Shown in pieces: positions 38,700 to 48,454 of a stretch of 64,000 bases of DNA. A model generated the notes under the pieces. That model was not told where the DNA came from and did not search any database. It was given only the letters and a program-made list of their open reading frames with translations. Source of the DNA: Patescibacteria group bacterium (GTDB taxonomy: Bacteria; Patescibacteriota; JAQUNI01); NCBI GenBank assembly GCA_028717685.1, contig JAQUNI010000001.1:399451-463450 (forward strand), read 5' to 3'. Numbering within the stretch: position 1 is the first letter of the stretch; every line of letters starts with the position of its first letter. Made by a program: the position numbers and the translations under genes.

Positions 38700-38820
38700 A
38701 AATCCAAAATCCAAACATCAAATTTCAAATCAAATCCAAAATCCTAATCCCAAAATTTTGAGTTTCGGATTTTGAGCTTTGAGCTTGATTTGGCATTTGG
38801 GCTTTGAAATTTGGATTTAA
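38700..38820. repeat. AT-rich palindromic element, family G (word AATCCAAAATCC / GGATTTTGAG)
   Basis: AATCCAAAATCCAAACATCAAATTTCAAATCAAATCCAAAATCC ... GGATTTTGAGCTTTGAGCTTGATTTGGCATTTGGGCTTTGAAATTTGGATTT. Confidence 0.65.
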
Positions 38821-39512
38821 GCCCTATGAAAAAATTTTCTGCCCTGGAAAAAAATTTAGATGTGAAATTTAAAAATCAAGACTTATTGAAACAGGCTCTT
38901 GTCCATCGCTCCTATATTAACGAAAATCCCGGATTTCGCCTCCCCCACAATGAAAGATTGGAATTCTTGGGCGACGCGGTCTTGGAACTTATAGTAACGG
39001 AAAATCTTTTTAATCATTACAATAACCCTGAAGGAGAAATGACCAATTGGCGCTCCAGCCTGGTCAACAGCAAAATATTGGCCATTGTCTCCCGCGACCT
39101 CGGCGTGGAAGATTTTCTCTATTTGTCTAAAGGCGAGACGCGCGACACAGGCAAGGCGCGGGAATATATTTTAGGCAATGCCTTTGAAGCCATCACCGGC
39201 GCGATTTATTTAGATCAAGGCTATGCTGTCACGAGGAGATTTATAAAAAACAAGCTGCTGACGCATCTGCCTAAAATTCTGGCTGAAAAATTATACATTG
39301 ATCCCAAGTCGCATTTTCAAGAACTTACGCAAGAAAAAGAAGGCGTTACTCCTGAATACAAAGTTTTAGAAGAGAGAGGTCCGGATCACGCGAAACACTT
39401 TGAGGTGGGGGTTTACGTGGGAAAAATGATGATGGGCAAGGGCAAAGGCACTTCTAAACAATTGGCGCAGGTGGAAGCGGCGAAAGACGCGCTGGAAAGA
39501 TATAAAAAATAA
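38811..39512 (+). CDS. rnc: ribonuclease III
   Basis: RNase III signature ERLEFLGDAVLE plus a C-terminal dsRBD. Confidence 0.9.
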   Translation: MDLSPMKKFSALEKNLDVKFKNQDLLKQALVHRSYINENPGFRLPHNERLEFLGDAVLELIVTENLFNHYNNPEGEMTNWRSSLVNSKILAIVSRDLGVEDFLYLSKGETRDTGKAREYILGNAFEAITGAIYLDQGYAVTRRFIKNKLLTHLPKILAEKLYIDPKSHFQELTQEKEGVTPEYKVLEERGPDHAKHFEVGVYVGKMMMGKGKGTSKQLAQVEAAKDALERYKK

Positions 39513-39520
39513 AATGTCAT

Positions 39521-39768
39521 AGGTTAAAATTTCTAATTTCTAATTTTTCTGGCTTCGCCAGATCTCGCATAGCGAGACAATTTTTATTAAATTTTTAATA
39601 AAATAATTTCTAAACTTTAAGAATGAATTGCCTAGCCGCCAGTTAGGCTAGCGGGAATAGCTTTTCCATTATAAATGGTAAATGAGTTACGAGAATTTGA
39701 TCTTTATTTGTTTAAAAATTAAGTAAATAGAAATTTAATAAAAATTAGAAATTGAAAATTAAAAATTA
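39521..39768. repeat. composite intergenic element: family A arms enclosing a CTGGCTTCGCCAGATCTCGCATAGCGAGAC module and other hairpins
   Basis: Family A arms at both ends. The inner module is shared with 62925-62990. Contains GCCTAGCCGCCAGTTAGGCTAGCGG hairpins. Confidence 0.65.
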
Positions 39769-40732
39769 CTTAAAAACACTCCAAGATTTGTTTGAGAGTC
39801 TAAGAGTTAATCAAGCCGTTGGCAAAATAGCAATTTTAGGGGTATTATTTGCCGCTATTTTTTTGTCTTTTTCCGTCTCTCGCGCCCAAAACACCGCTCC
39901 CGAACGGACAATCACAATCATTGACAACGGCCTTTATTTCCAGGTTAAAACAGAGAAAAATTTAGTTTCGGAAATCCTGGTTGATTTGGACCTATCCTTA
40001 AATCCTGAAGATAGAATTTATCCCAGCCTAAACGAAGAAGCCCTCTGGCGCATTATCATTGAAAGGGCAACCCCAATCACAATCCTTGCTGATGGAAAGG
40101 CAAAATCTCTTGTTACCTTTGCTAAAACCGCGGGGGCGGCATTAGAAGAAGCCCAAATCACATTGAATCCTGATGATGAAGTGAATTATGCTGCGGACAC
40201 GTCCCTTTTTTCCAATATGGAGATTGTAGTGACCAGAATCAAACTTGGCACTGTCACCAAAGATGTGTCCATACCATTCCAAACTGTGAATAAAAAAGAC
40301 GACACGCTGCTCTGGGGAAAATTCAAAATCGCCCAGGAAGGAAAAACAGGGCTCAAAGAACAGGTATATAAAGTAATCTATAAAAACGGCGAAGAAGCAA
40401 AACGGATTTTGGAAAAAGAAACCATTTTGCAAAAACCTCAAGATAAGATTATCCTGGAGGGAACAAAAATAGTGCTAGGGGAGGCGAATTACGGCATCGC
40501 CAGCTTCTACCGCTATGGCGATAAATTGACTTGCGCGTCCACGCGTTTTCCCATGGGAACACCCTTGCGGGTCACGAACACGGCAAACGGACAAGCGGTA
40601 ATTGTAACCGTGAATGATTATGGCCCTTTTGTGCTGGGACGGATTGTGGATTTAAACATACCGGCATTTGAAAAAATCGCGCCCCTCGGAACAGGATTGG
40701 CAAGAGTGAAGGTGGAGGAAATAATAGATTGA
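39752..40732 (+). CDS. RlpA-like (double-psi beta-barrel) domain protein with N-terminal DUF348/G5-like region
   Basis: C-terminal ...IASFYRYGDKLTCASTRFPMGTPLRVTNTANGQAVIVTVNDYGPF, the RlpA/3D DPBB. TTG start in the ORF track, and the start is uncertain. Confidence 0.7.
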   Translation: MKIKNYLKTLQDLFESLRVNQAVGKIAILGVLFAAIFLSFSVSRAQNTAPERTITIIDNGLYFQVKTEKNLVSEILVDLDLSLNPEDRIYPSLNEEALWRIIIERATPITILADGKAKSLVTFAKTAGAALEEAQITLNPDDEVNYAADTSLFSNMEIVVTRIKLGTVTKDVSIPFQTVNKKDDTLLWGKFKIAQEGKTGLKEQVYKVIYKNGEEAKRILEKETILQKPQDKIILEGTKIVLGEANYGIASFYRYGDKLTCASTRFPMGTPLRVTNTANGQAVIVTVNDYGPFVLGRIVDLNIPAFEKIAPLGTGLARVKVEEIID

Positions 40733-40890
40733 AATTATTCTAATTAACCTAATTGTTCTAATTATTCTAAAGAATGACCAAATCTTGAATTACCCAATGA
40801 TTTACCTTGATGATTGTTTTTGTTAATTGGGATTTAGACATTGGGATTTATTTAGGTTAATTAGGTCAATTAGAACAATTAGAATAATTT
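40733..40890. repeat. AT-rich palindromic intergenic element, family B copy
   Basis: GAAATTATTCTAATTAACCTAATTGTTCTAATTATTCTAAAGAATGACC ... GGTCAATTAGAACAATTAGAATAATTTT. Confidence 0.8.
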
Positions 40891-40985
40891 TGGAGGTGAA
40901 GGGATAAAGTATATCACGGTGAATACCGTGGCTTGAATTCCCAAAATAATTTTCACATTTTGATTTGTTATTTTACATTTTTCAC

Positions 40986-43469
40986 ATGTTTCTTCATAAA
41001 CTCATTATCAGCGGTTTCAAATCTTTCGCTCATCGCACCAGCCTTTCTTTTGACCGCGGAATTACTGCCATTGTCGGACCAAACGGGTCGGGGAAATCCA
41101 ACATTGTGGACGCTATCCGCTGGGCTTTAGGAGAACAGTCTAAAAAATCATTGCGCGGGAAAAAGGGCGATGATATTATTTTCGCCGGCTCAAGGACTAA
41201 AACTCCTTTGGGATTAGCCCAAGTAGCTTTAACCTTGGAAAACACGACCCAAAAAATTCCCGTCAACTCTGGAAAAGAGGAGGGGGTAAACTTTTCCGAA
41301 ATCACAATTAAGAGAAAATTCTACCGTAATGGCGAGGGAGAATATTTATTGAATAACAGCTCTGTGCGCCTAAAAGATATTGAAGAACTATTAGCGCAAA
41401 ACAACATCAGCCAAAAAGGATATATTATCAGCCAAGGAATGATTGATCGCGTAGTGGTCTTGAGTCCCCAAGAAAAAAGAGAGCTTTTGGAGGAAGTTTC
41501 AGGGATTAAACCCTTGGAACTCAAAAGAATTGAGACCCAGAAAAAACTTGAGACAACGCGGGATAATCTTGTCCGCGTGCGCGCCCTTGTGGCGGAAATC
41601 GAGCCGCACTTGAAAAGGCTTGCCAAACAAGCGCGAGAGGCGAGGAATAAAGAAAAGATTACCCAAAAACTCCAGAAATTACAAAAAATCTGGTATACTA
41701 AAATCCGACAAAATCAAGAAAAGGCGCGCCAAAAAATAGGCAAAGAGAGGGCAGAAATAGAGGGAATAATCAAAAATCTTGAAACCCAAATCCAAAATTT
41801 ACAAAAAATGGTGTCTATAATGGAGGTAAAACAAAAAAAAGACCAAGAAAACTGGCACCTCTGTTATCAAAATCAGGTAAAACTAGGGAGGCAAAAAAGC
41901 GCCCTAGCCGAAGAGCTTGCCACTCTCCGCGGCACTCTAGTTGCCGAAAAACTCCGCCCGCGCGAGCAGCAGCAGGAAATTAACCGCGCGCGTTTGGAGA
42001 TCCAAAGGATTGACGCTGAAATTATCTCCTCCCAGAAACAAAACGCGCTACTCCAGAATAATCTAGAAAAAACCCAAAAAGAAATTGAAAAACTAGAAAA
42101 AGAGGGAAAAAAAATAGAAGCCGAAGGAGTGGCGCGGCCGAACCCAACCACATTGCAAACTGCCTTGGAAAATTTACAAAACAAACAAAATAGCTTTCTG
42201 GACAACTTTAAACACGGCACTGATATTGCCTCTCTGAAATCCCAAGCGCAAGAAATTTTAAGGCTCATTCAACGCTTAGCAAACTGGCTGAAAACCGCGG
42301 CAACGCTGCCCGAAGAACAAAGCGGAAAGCGGAAACTAGAAATGTTAATGGAAGACAAAGGCAGAAAAGAAGAGCAAGCTCATTCCCTCTTTTTAAAATC
42401 GCGCACGGAAGAAGAAAAAATTCTTTTTTTGAATTTCCAAAAAAAGAGCTGGGAGGGCAAAATCAATCTTGGACATAAACAGAAAGGGGGAGAATCCCCC
42501 GCGGACGCCCAAAATATTGCCAAACTCCAGCAAAAAATCACTCTACTTAGCAAAGAAATGCAAAAAAAAGAAGGAGAGGAGCGAATTTTGGAAGAAAAAA
42601 TCGCCCAACTTCTCAAATTAGATACAGCGCGCAAAAACAAACTCTTCGCGCTGGAGCGCGAATCGCGCGAGAAACAAGACGCGATGGTGAAACTTGGTCA
42701 GGAAAAAGCCCGCGTGGAATTGGAAGAAGCGAAACTCAACCTGGAAAAACAGGAACTCACCCGCGAAATTGAAAAAGAATTAGGGGACAAATGGGGTCGT
42801 ATTGATATTACATCTAAAAAAGAATCTCCGCCTAATCTGGATTATGAACTCCAGATTAATAAACTAAAGAAAAAAATGCTCTCGGCAGGCAGTATTGACC
42901 CTGAAATTATTACTGAATACGAACAAACACGCAGCCGGTATGATTTCTTAAACCAGCAAGCGGAGGACTTGGAAAAAGCCTCTTCAGGCTTAGATAAGCT
43001 TATTCATCGCCTAAGCCGCATCATTCAAAAGAGATTCAGCATTGCTTTTAAAACCATCAACCTTGCTTTCAAAAAATATTTCCGGATGATTTTTGGCCGC
43101 GGCGGAAAAGCAAGCCTGAAAGCGGATCCCGAAGGGGGAATTATAATTGAGGCTTGTCCGCCGGGGAAAAAATTAAAAAGCCTATCCGTCCTTTCGGGCG
43201 GAGAAAAGGCTTTGGCTGGCCTCTCTTTAATTTTCGGGATCATTGAACTCGCGAGACCCCCTTTCTGCATTTTAGATGAAGTGGACGCGGCGCTAGACGA
43301 AACAAATTCCCACCGCTTTGCCCGCATTTTAAAGATATTAGCCCGAGGAACTCAATTTATCTGCGTCACCCATAACCGCGCAACAATGAAAGCGGCAAAA
43401 ATGCTGTATGGAGTGACGATGAATGAAGAGGGAGTGTCAAGATTGCTGTCTATGAAGCTGGAGAAATAG
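40986..43469 (+). CDS. smc: SMC-family chromosome segregation ATPase (short form, about 830 aa)
   Basis: N-terminal FKSFA...GPNGSGKSNIVDAIRWALGEQS, C-terminal LSGGEKALAGLSLIF...LDEVDAALD, and long coiled coils in between. The start was taken at MFLHKLIISGFKSF. Confidence 0.8.
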   Translation: MFLHKLIISGFKSFAHRTSLSFDRGITAIVGPNGSGKSNIVDAIRWALGEQSKKSLRGKKGDDIIFAGSRTKTPLGLAQVALTLENTTQKIPVNSGKEEGVNFSEITIKRKFYRNGEGEYLLNNSSVRLKDIEELLAQNNISQKGYIISQGMIDRVVVLSPQEKRELLEEVSGIKPLELKRIETQKKLETTRDNLVRVRALVAEIEPHLKRLAKQAREARNKEKITQKLQKLQKIWYTKIRQNQEKARQKIGKERAEIEGIIKNLETQIQNLQKMVSIMEVKQKKDQENWHLCYQNQVKLGRQKSALAEELATLRGTLVAEKLRPREQQQEINRARLEIQRIDAEIISSQKQNALLQNNLEKTQKEIEKLEKEGKKIEAEGVARPNPTTLQTALENLQNKQNSFLDNFKHGTDIASLKSQAQEILRLIQRLANWLKTAATLPEEQSGKRKLEMLMEDKGRKEEQAHSLFLKSRTEEEKILFLNFQKKSWEGKINLGHKQKGGESPADAQNIAKLQQKITLLSKEMQKKEGEERILEEKIAQLLKLDTARKNKLFALERESREKQDAMVKLGQEKARVELEEAKLNLEKQELTREIEKELGDKWGRIDITSKKESPPNLDYELQINKLKKKMLSAGSIDPEIITEYEQTRSRYDFLNQQAEDLEKASSGLDKLIHRLSRIIQKRFSIAFKTINLAFKKYFRMIFGRGGKASLKADPEGGIIIEACPPGKKLKSLSVLSGGEKALAGLSLIFGIIELARPPFCILDEVDAALDETNSHRFARILKILARGTQFICVTHNRATMKAAKMLYGVTMNEEGVSRLLSMKLEK

Positions 43470-43621
43470 CAATAAAATTTCTAATTGCTTTAATTGTTCT
43501 AATTATTCTAAATAATGACCAAATCCCAATGACCAATACCCAAAAGATTATTTGGGATTTAGACATTGGGAATTGGGATTTAGTTAGGTCAATTAGGTTA
43601 ATTAGAATAATTAGAATAATT
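43470..43621. repeat. AT-rich palindromic intergenic element, family B copy
   Basis: Arms AATTGTTCTAATTATTCTAAATAATGACC ... GGTCAATTAGGTTAATTAGAATAATTAGAATAATT. Confidence 0.8.
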
Positions 43622-43625
43622 CCAC

Positions 43626-43654
43626 TTGCTTTTTATATTATCTTGGGCTAAAAT
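43626..43654 (+). promoter_or_regulatory. sigma70-type promoter TTGCTT-17-TAAAAT upstream of rpsP
   Basis: TTGCTT at 43626-43631 and TAAAAT at 43649-43654. Confidence 0.5.
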
Positions 43655-43687
43655 AGCACCATATCCATTATTAACCATTAAATTCTT

Positions 43688-44197
43688 ATGTTAAGAATTC
43701 GTCTAACCCGCCGGGGGAAAAGGAACCGTCCCTTTTTCAGGATTGTCGTTTCCGAAGCGCGAGCGCCAATCAAGGGGCGCTTTATTGAGGTGCTGGGGGG
43801 ATTGGATCCCCTTGGAAAAAAAGTAAGCCTCAAGGAAGAAAGAATAAAATATTGGCTCTCCTGCGGCGCCAAACCTTCGGATACTGTGCATAATCTTTTA
43901 GTGGACCATAAAATTATTACCGGCGCGAAAATTAAAAAGTTCGCCCACAGGAAGAAAAAAGGCGAGGAAGCAAGGAAGGAAGAAGGAACACAGCAGAACG
44001 TAGAAAAAGAAGAAAAACCAGCCGAAGCTGAAAAAGAAAAGCAGGAAGATGCAGCAACGCAAAAAGAAACCGCCGATAAAGAGGAAAAAACCGAGCCCGC
44101 GCAAAAGGCGCCCAAAGAAGAGCCTAAACCCGAAGAAACGGAAGGCGCGACAAATTCCAAGGTTGAACCGCTGCCCACGATAGAAACAAAGCCCTAA
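43688..44197 (+). CDS. rpsP: 30S ribosomal protein S16 with about 85-aa Lys/Glu-rich C-terminal extension
   Basis: MLRIRLTRRGKRNRPFFRIVV...GKKVSLKEERIKYWLSCGAKPSDTV core, followed by a KKKGEEARKEEG...EKEKQED tail. Confidence 0.9.
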   Translation: MLRIRLTRRGKRNRPFFRIVVSEARAPIKGRFIEVLGGLDPLGKKVSLKEERIKYWLSCGAKPSDTVHNLLVDHKIITGAKIKKFAHRKKKGEEARKEEGTQQNVEKEEKPAEAEKEKQEDAATQKETADKEEKTEPAQKAPKEEPKPEETEGATNSKVEPLPTIETKP

Positions 44198-44219
44198 ATC
44201 CCGCGGAAGTGATACAGCT

Positions 44220-44250
44220 AAATAGAGACCAAGCCGTCTCTATTTTTGGT
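44220..44250 (+). terminator. rho-independent terminator after rpsP
   Basis: AAATAGAGAC-CAAGCC-GTCTCTATTT followed by TTGG. Confidence 0.65.
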
Positions 44251-44344
44251 TTGTTATATTTTCAATTTTTAATTTATCCGCTATAATGATAAAGGAATCC
44301 TTCGGCAATTTAGAATTTAACTAAACTTAATAAAAACAAAAATT

Positions 44345-44668
44345 ATGAACCCTCAAATTTTGGAAAAGGATATTATTGAGCTTTTAGGTCTGGAGAATTT
44401 ACCCGAAGACAAAAAAGCCGCGCTTCTCGCGAAAATGGCGGAAACTGTCCTGAACCGCATTAGCCTGCGCATTCTGGATCAGCTCTCTGACGCCGACCAA
44501 AAAAAGTTCAGCACATTACTGAAACAAAAAACTTCTGACGAAAAAATAGACCAATTTCTGAAAAACAAAATTAAGAATCTGGACGAAATTCGGACGGCGG
44601 AAATTTTACGCTTCAAGCAGGAGTTAAACGAAGACGCAGAATATATCCAACAGAAATTAACCTCATAA
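44345..44668 (+). CDS. hypothetical small helical protein
   Basis: 107-aa ORF, charged, with no SD. It lies directly upstream of the giant repeat protein. Confidence 0.45.
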   Translation: MNPQILEKDIIELLGLENLPEDKKAALLAKMAETVLNRISLRILDQLSDADQKKFSTLLKQKTSDEKIDQFLKNKIKNLDEIRTAEILRFKQELNEDAEYIQQKLTS

Positions 44669-44681
44669 AAAACAAAAATAT

Positions 44682-47600
44682 ATGGTAAAAAATACGGAAG
44701 GCGAGGGGGAAGAAGCGCCTTTAGAAAAAGATAAGGGGCGAAAAAAAAGAAGAGAGGTAAAAAATAAACACAAAAACAAATCAGAGCCCTTGGACCCTGA
44801 CGAGGAAAAAGATATTCCAGAGGAAACGGAGAAAAAGAAAGGAATTACCCCCGATAAAGTGCGGGCGATTTTAGATAATTTAGGGCGAGAATTGCCTCCG
44901 GAAAAATTGGAAATCATGACAAAGGGAGGAAAGGAAATTACGGTGCGCTTTCATCCTGATCTCGCGGAAAATAATTTTCCGGGTTTAATTTCCAAATTAG
45001 AAACCGAGAAGGGCGTTAAAATCATTCCTAAATGGGATGATGGAGTGGACATGGAAAAGGGGTTTGTGATTGTGTCCGAAACAGTCCCTGAAAAGCCAGA
45101 AACGGCTTTAGAACCAGCGGAGCAAGAGCTCCCACCCCCTCCATCTCCCCCTCTGGCAGGGGGAGAGCCACTCCCACCCCCTCCAAATACAGAAAAAGAG
45201 CAAAAGACCCCAGACGGGAACACCCCCGAAAAAAGCGCTAGCGAACCAGAGGAAAAAGGCAATGGAGAGCCACTCCCACCCCCTCTTGCCTCCCCGCTCG
45301 AGGCAGGGGGAGAAGAATCTCTTTTAGAAGAGATCAAATCTAAACAAGAAGAAACCGAGCCTAAACAGAAAGAGGTAAAGATTGAGGAGGTTATTTTGGA
45401 AAAAACGGCGGCAAAGACCGAGACAGAAAAAAAAACAGAAAAAAAAGAAATCCCGCCGCGGGTTCAAGAAGTTTTAGACCGCTTAAACGCGGAGTTGGAA
45501 AAGCATAACGATGTAGAGGAAGTTAATGTTGTTTTTAATTATAAACTGGCAAATAGCCCCCTGGGTGCAGATATTAAAAAGCTCCGACCCCAAAGCTACA
45601 AAAAAATTCAAATAATCAACTATTGGAAAGAAAAAGGGGGCGTTTTTCCTCTTGGTTTTATAATTGAAGAAATAAAAAAGGGGAAATCCGAAGAAAAAGA
45701 AGCAACCCCCGAAAAAAAACCCGAGGAAAAGCCGCTCCCACCCCCTCTTGCCTCCCCGCTCGAGGCAGGGGGAGAAGAATCTCTTTTAAAAGAAATCAAA
45801 TCTAAACAAGAAAAGACCAAGCCCCCACAAAAAACAGAAGAAAAGAATGTCCCTCCGAAAGAAGAAAAAAAAGAAACAGAAATTCCTCAAAATGTGGAAG
45901 TATTACTTTCACTCTTAGATTCAAAAATAGCCGAATTTCAAACAGCCCATCCAGAAGTAAAAGACATTGACATTCTTTTTAGCGAGGAACTTATAAAAAA
46001 ACTGGGGGTAGAATATGGCGATGAAAAACAACAAGCAATCTGGCAAAAGATTGACTCCATCAAAGAAAAAGGATTCAATGTGCTAAATCGTATTTTTGAA
46101 GACAAGAAGATACCCGAAGAAGAGGCGGTAAGGATTGAGAAGGTTGTTTTGAAAAAAGCAGGGGCAGAGACCAAAACAAAAAGAAAAATAACCCCCACGG
46201 AAAAAGGCGAGATAAAGGAAGAGCCTTCCCGGGAAAAAACCACTCCCACCCCCTTTAACTCCCCCTCCCTCCTTCGTCCGCCAGAGGCGGACTTCGGCGG
46301 GCAAGCAGGCAGGGGGAGCGCCACAGAAAAACCGCGAGAACCAATATTCGCGGCGCGGAAAACAGAGGATAAAACGAAAGGACCCAGAGCAGATGAGGAG
46401 AAGCAGAAACCGGGCAAAGTGGCGCGAGAGGCAGAGACCCTAATGGAAATACAACCCTCTCCATCCCGCGTGTCAGAAGAACGGCTTACTGAAAAGCGCA
46501 AAGAATATTTAGAAGCCAAAAGACTGCGCGGCAAATTTATTGGCCGCGGCGAATTTAAAGGCAAAGAGGGAGAAGCGAAACTTGCTCAAATCGGTGAAGA
46601 ATATAGCAAAATGCGCGCTGAATACATTCGCGGCAAAGCGTCAGAAGTATTGAAAGAACAGAAGCTGCCCGCGACGGAATTGAAAACAAAGGTCGTGGAA
46701 AAGCTTCTGGAAGAATACAACAAAGAGGACGGGGAACGGGAAAAATTGATTGTGGGCAGGGAAAAAGGCTTAGGGCAGAGGTTTAAAGAATGGTGGCGCC
46801 GCCATCCTAAAGCGCGAATGCTCGTTGGTTATGGCTTAACCGGCGCTTCGGTAGGGAGTATGCTTTCAGGGCAGCTCTGGCTGACTCCTTGGCTTATCGG
46901 CGCCCGAGCCGCTTTTGCAGGGACGGGCGCGGCTCTAGGCACCGAAGGGATGTTATCCCGCTATTCTAAAACCTTAGGCGAAAAAGGGCTTGTGAATGAG
47001 TTAGTTAAATTTAACAAAGAAGAAAAGGCTAAGCTCAAAAAAATCAAAGACAAAGGAGAACAGGAAAAAGCGCGCCAAAAAATGATTAACGATAACATTG
47101 CTAAAATCTCGCCCGAGAATTTAGCGCGCGAAATGGGGCGCGTCAAAGCCCTGCAAGAGAAAAAGGGGGTAAAACTAGAGAAGATAGGACCATACGGCGC
47201 AGTGCTTTCGGCTCTCCGGGCGCGGGAGCAAGAGCTTTTAAAGAAACGGATAACAGAAGCAATGGAAAAAGGAGAAAAGACTAAAGAAGATTTGCTTTTT
47301 GAAGCTATAAACTCCGGTTTGGAAAGAGAAGCAAGGGAAATGGACGAAAATGTAGAAAAGGCGGGAGAGGCGGAAAGAAAAAAGGCAATCAAAAGGTGGG
47401 TCTTCAGCAGTAGCGCCGGAGCAATCACAGCCGGACTCACCGCTTGGTGGGGATTTCACAGGCTTGGAGAAATTTCAGGCAAGGGAAAAATAGCAGGGAG
47501 CGCGGCTCACGCAAAAACGGCTCTGGGTCCGCCAGCGCCAGAGGGGTTGGCAAAAAATTTTGAGGTTGTTGCCGCCAAGGGCGACTCGGTCTGGAAAATG

Positions 47601-48449
47601 GCAAAGCGCGCTTTGGCGGAAAAATATGGCAGCCGCTTTACCAATCTTGACGAAGCGCGCCGCACTTATGTCATTGACGCCGTAAAAGATAAAATCGCGA
47701 AAAACCCCGCGCGTTTTGGTCTAATTGATATAGACAGGGTAAAAATTGGCCAAAAAATAGATTTTGGCGGATTAATAAATAATAAGAGTTTAATGGAAGA
47801 AACCTTTGGCAAAGCGGGACGTCTAACGGGAGAACAAGCAAAGAATATTTTAATCAATAATGAGACAGTGCAAGAATTTCACCATCTCCATCCGGAAATT
47901 CGGTTGGACAGCGAAAATATAGATTCAATTTTGGCAGGCAGAGGGAGAGAAATCCTGGGAACGGAACCCGCGGCGGCGCAGACAGATATCAGCGCGCCAG
48001 AAATTGCTCCCGAAGAAACCCCGAGCTTGGAAGAAAGCGCGATTCCTACTGAAACTGAAGCTGCAAAAACAGAAACGCCGCAGATAGAAGAGACGCAAAG
48101 TCCAAAGACGGAAACCCCTTCTCCGGAAGTTGCTCCAGAGCAAGATATATCCGAAGCAATGATTCAAGAAATTCCCGACTGGACTCCGGAAAAGATTGCC
48201 AAGACCACTCTGCCCTTGATTCAAAAAAATCCAAAACTGAATACGGTCAAGGGAATTTTAGAACATTATCTAGCTAATCTAAAAAACGGCGAGATTTTTT
48301 TACCCGAGCAAGAACAAGCCAATACTGCTATCAAAGAAATAACTAAAAGAACCGAGGGACTCGGAGAGAGCGTGGCGGAAAGATACGAAAAAATCCTGTT
48401 GGAAAACACCAAAGTTTTCATAGGCATTGCCACGATGGGGAGAGAATAG
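44682..48449 (+). CDS. giant Lys/Glu-rich repeat protein with central TM segment and C-terminal LysM-like motif
   Basis: 1255 aa. The repeat PPPLASPLEAGGEESLL(E/K)EIKSKQE occurs at least three times, each copy encoded by a GC-rich family R element. A hydrophobic region lies at 46795-46960. LysM-like GDSVWKMAKRA...IGQKIDF near the C-terminus. Confidence 0.7.
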   Translation: MVKNTEGEGEEAPLEKDKGRKKRREVKNKHKNKSEPLDPDEEKDIPEETEKKKGITPDKVRAILDNLGRELPPEKLEIMTKGGKEITVRFHPDLAENNFPGLISKLETEKGVKIIPKWDDGVDMEKGFVIVSETVPEKPETALEPAEQELPPPPSPPLAGGEPLPPPPNTEKEQKTPDGNTPEKSASEPEEKGNGEPLPPPLASPLEAGGEESLLEEIKSKQEETEPKQKEVKIEEVILEKTAAKTETEKKTEKKEIPPRVQEVLDRLNAELEKHNDVEEVNVVFNYKLANSPLGADIKKLRPQSYKKIQIINYWKEKGGVFPLGFIIEEIKKGKSEEKEATPEKKPEEKPLPPPLASPLEAGGEESLLKEIKSKQEKTKPPQKTEEKNVPPKEEKKETEIPQNVEVLLSLLDSKIAEFQTAHPEVKDIDILFSEELIKKLGVEYGDEKQQAIWQKIDSIKEKGFNVLNRIFEDKKIPEEEAVRIEKVVLKKAGAETKTKRKITPTEKGEIKEEPSREKTTPTPFNSPSLLRPPEADFGGQAGRGSATEKPREPIFAARKTEDKTKGPRADEEKQKPGKVAREAETLMEIQPSPSRVSEERLTEKRKEYLEAKRLRGKFIGRGEFKGKEGEAKLAQIGEEYSKMRAEYIRGKASEVLKEQKLPATELKTKVVEKLLEEYNKEDGEREKLIVGREKGLGQRFKEWWRRHPKARMLVGYGLTGASVGSMLSGQLWLTPWLIGARAAFAGTGAALGTEGMLSRYSKTLGEKGLVNELVKFNKEEKAKLKKIKDKGEQEKARQKMINDNIAKISPENLAREMGRVKALQEKKGVKLEKIGPYGAVLSALRAREQELLKKRITEAMEKGEKTKEDLLFEAINSGLEREAREMDENVEKAGEAERKKAIKRWVFSSSAGAITAGLTAWWGFHRLGEISGKGKIAGSAAHAKTALGPPAPEGLAKNFEVVAAKGDSVWKMAKRALAEKYGSRFTNLDEARRTYVIDAVKDKIAKNPARFGLIDIDRVKIGQKIDFGGLINNKSLMEETFGKAGRLTGEQAKNILINNETVQEFHHLHPEIRLDSENIDSILAGRGREILGTEPAAAQTDISAPEIAPEETPSLEESAIPTETEAAKTETPQIEETQSPKTETPSPEVAPEQDISEAMIQEIPDWTPEKIAKTTLPLIQKNPKLNTVKGILEHYLANLKNGEIFLPEQEQANTAIKEITKRTEGLGESVAERYEKILLENTKVFIGIATMGRE
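45129..45165 (+). repeat. family R GC-rich repeat copy inserted in-frame in CDS 44682-48449
   Basis: CTCCCACCCCCTCCATCTCCCCCTCTGGCAGGGGGAG. Further in-frame copies at 45271-45312 and 45735-45774, and a degenerate one at 46243-46320. Confidence 0.8.
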
Positions 48450-48454
48450 ACCCC

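Noticed and set aside
40933-41130. 65-aa ORF overlapping the smc start in another frame
   Set aside because: It overlaps the conserved SMC N-terminus (FKSFA...GPNGSGKSN), which is encoded in the other frame.
44951-48234. Multiple minus-strand ORFs (60-208 aa) inside the giant repeat protein
   Set aside because: These are shadow ORFs produced by the Lys/Glu-rich, purine-biased coding strand. Their translations are Ser/Phe-rich and low-complexity.
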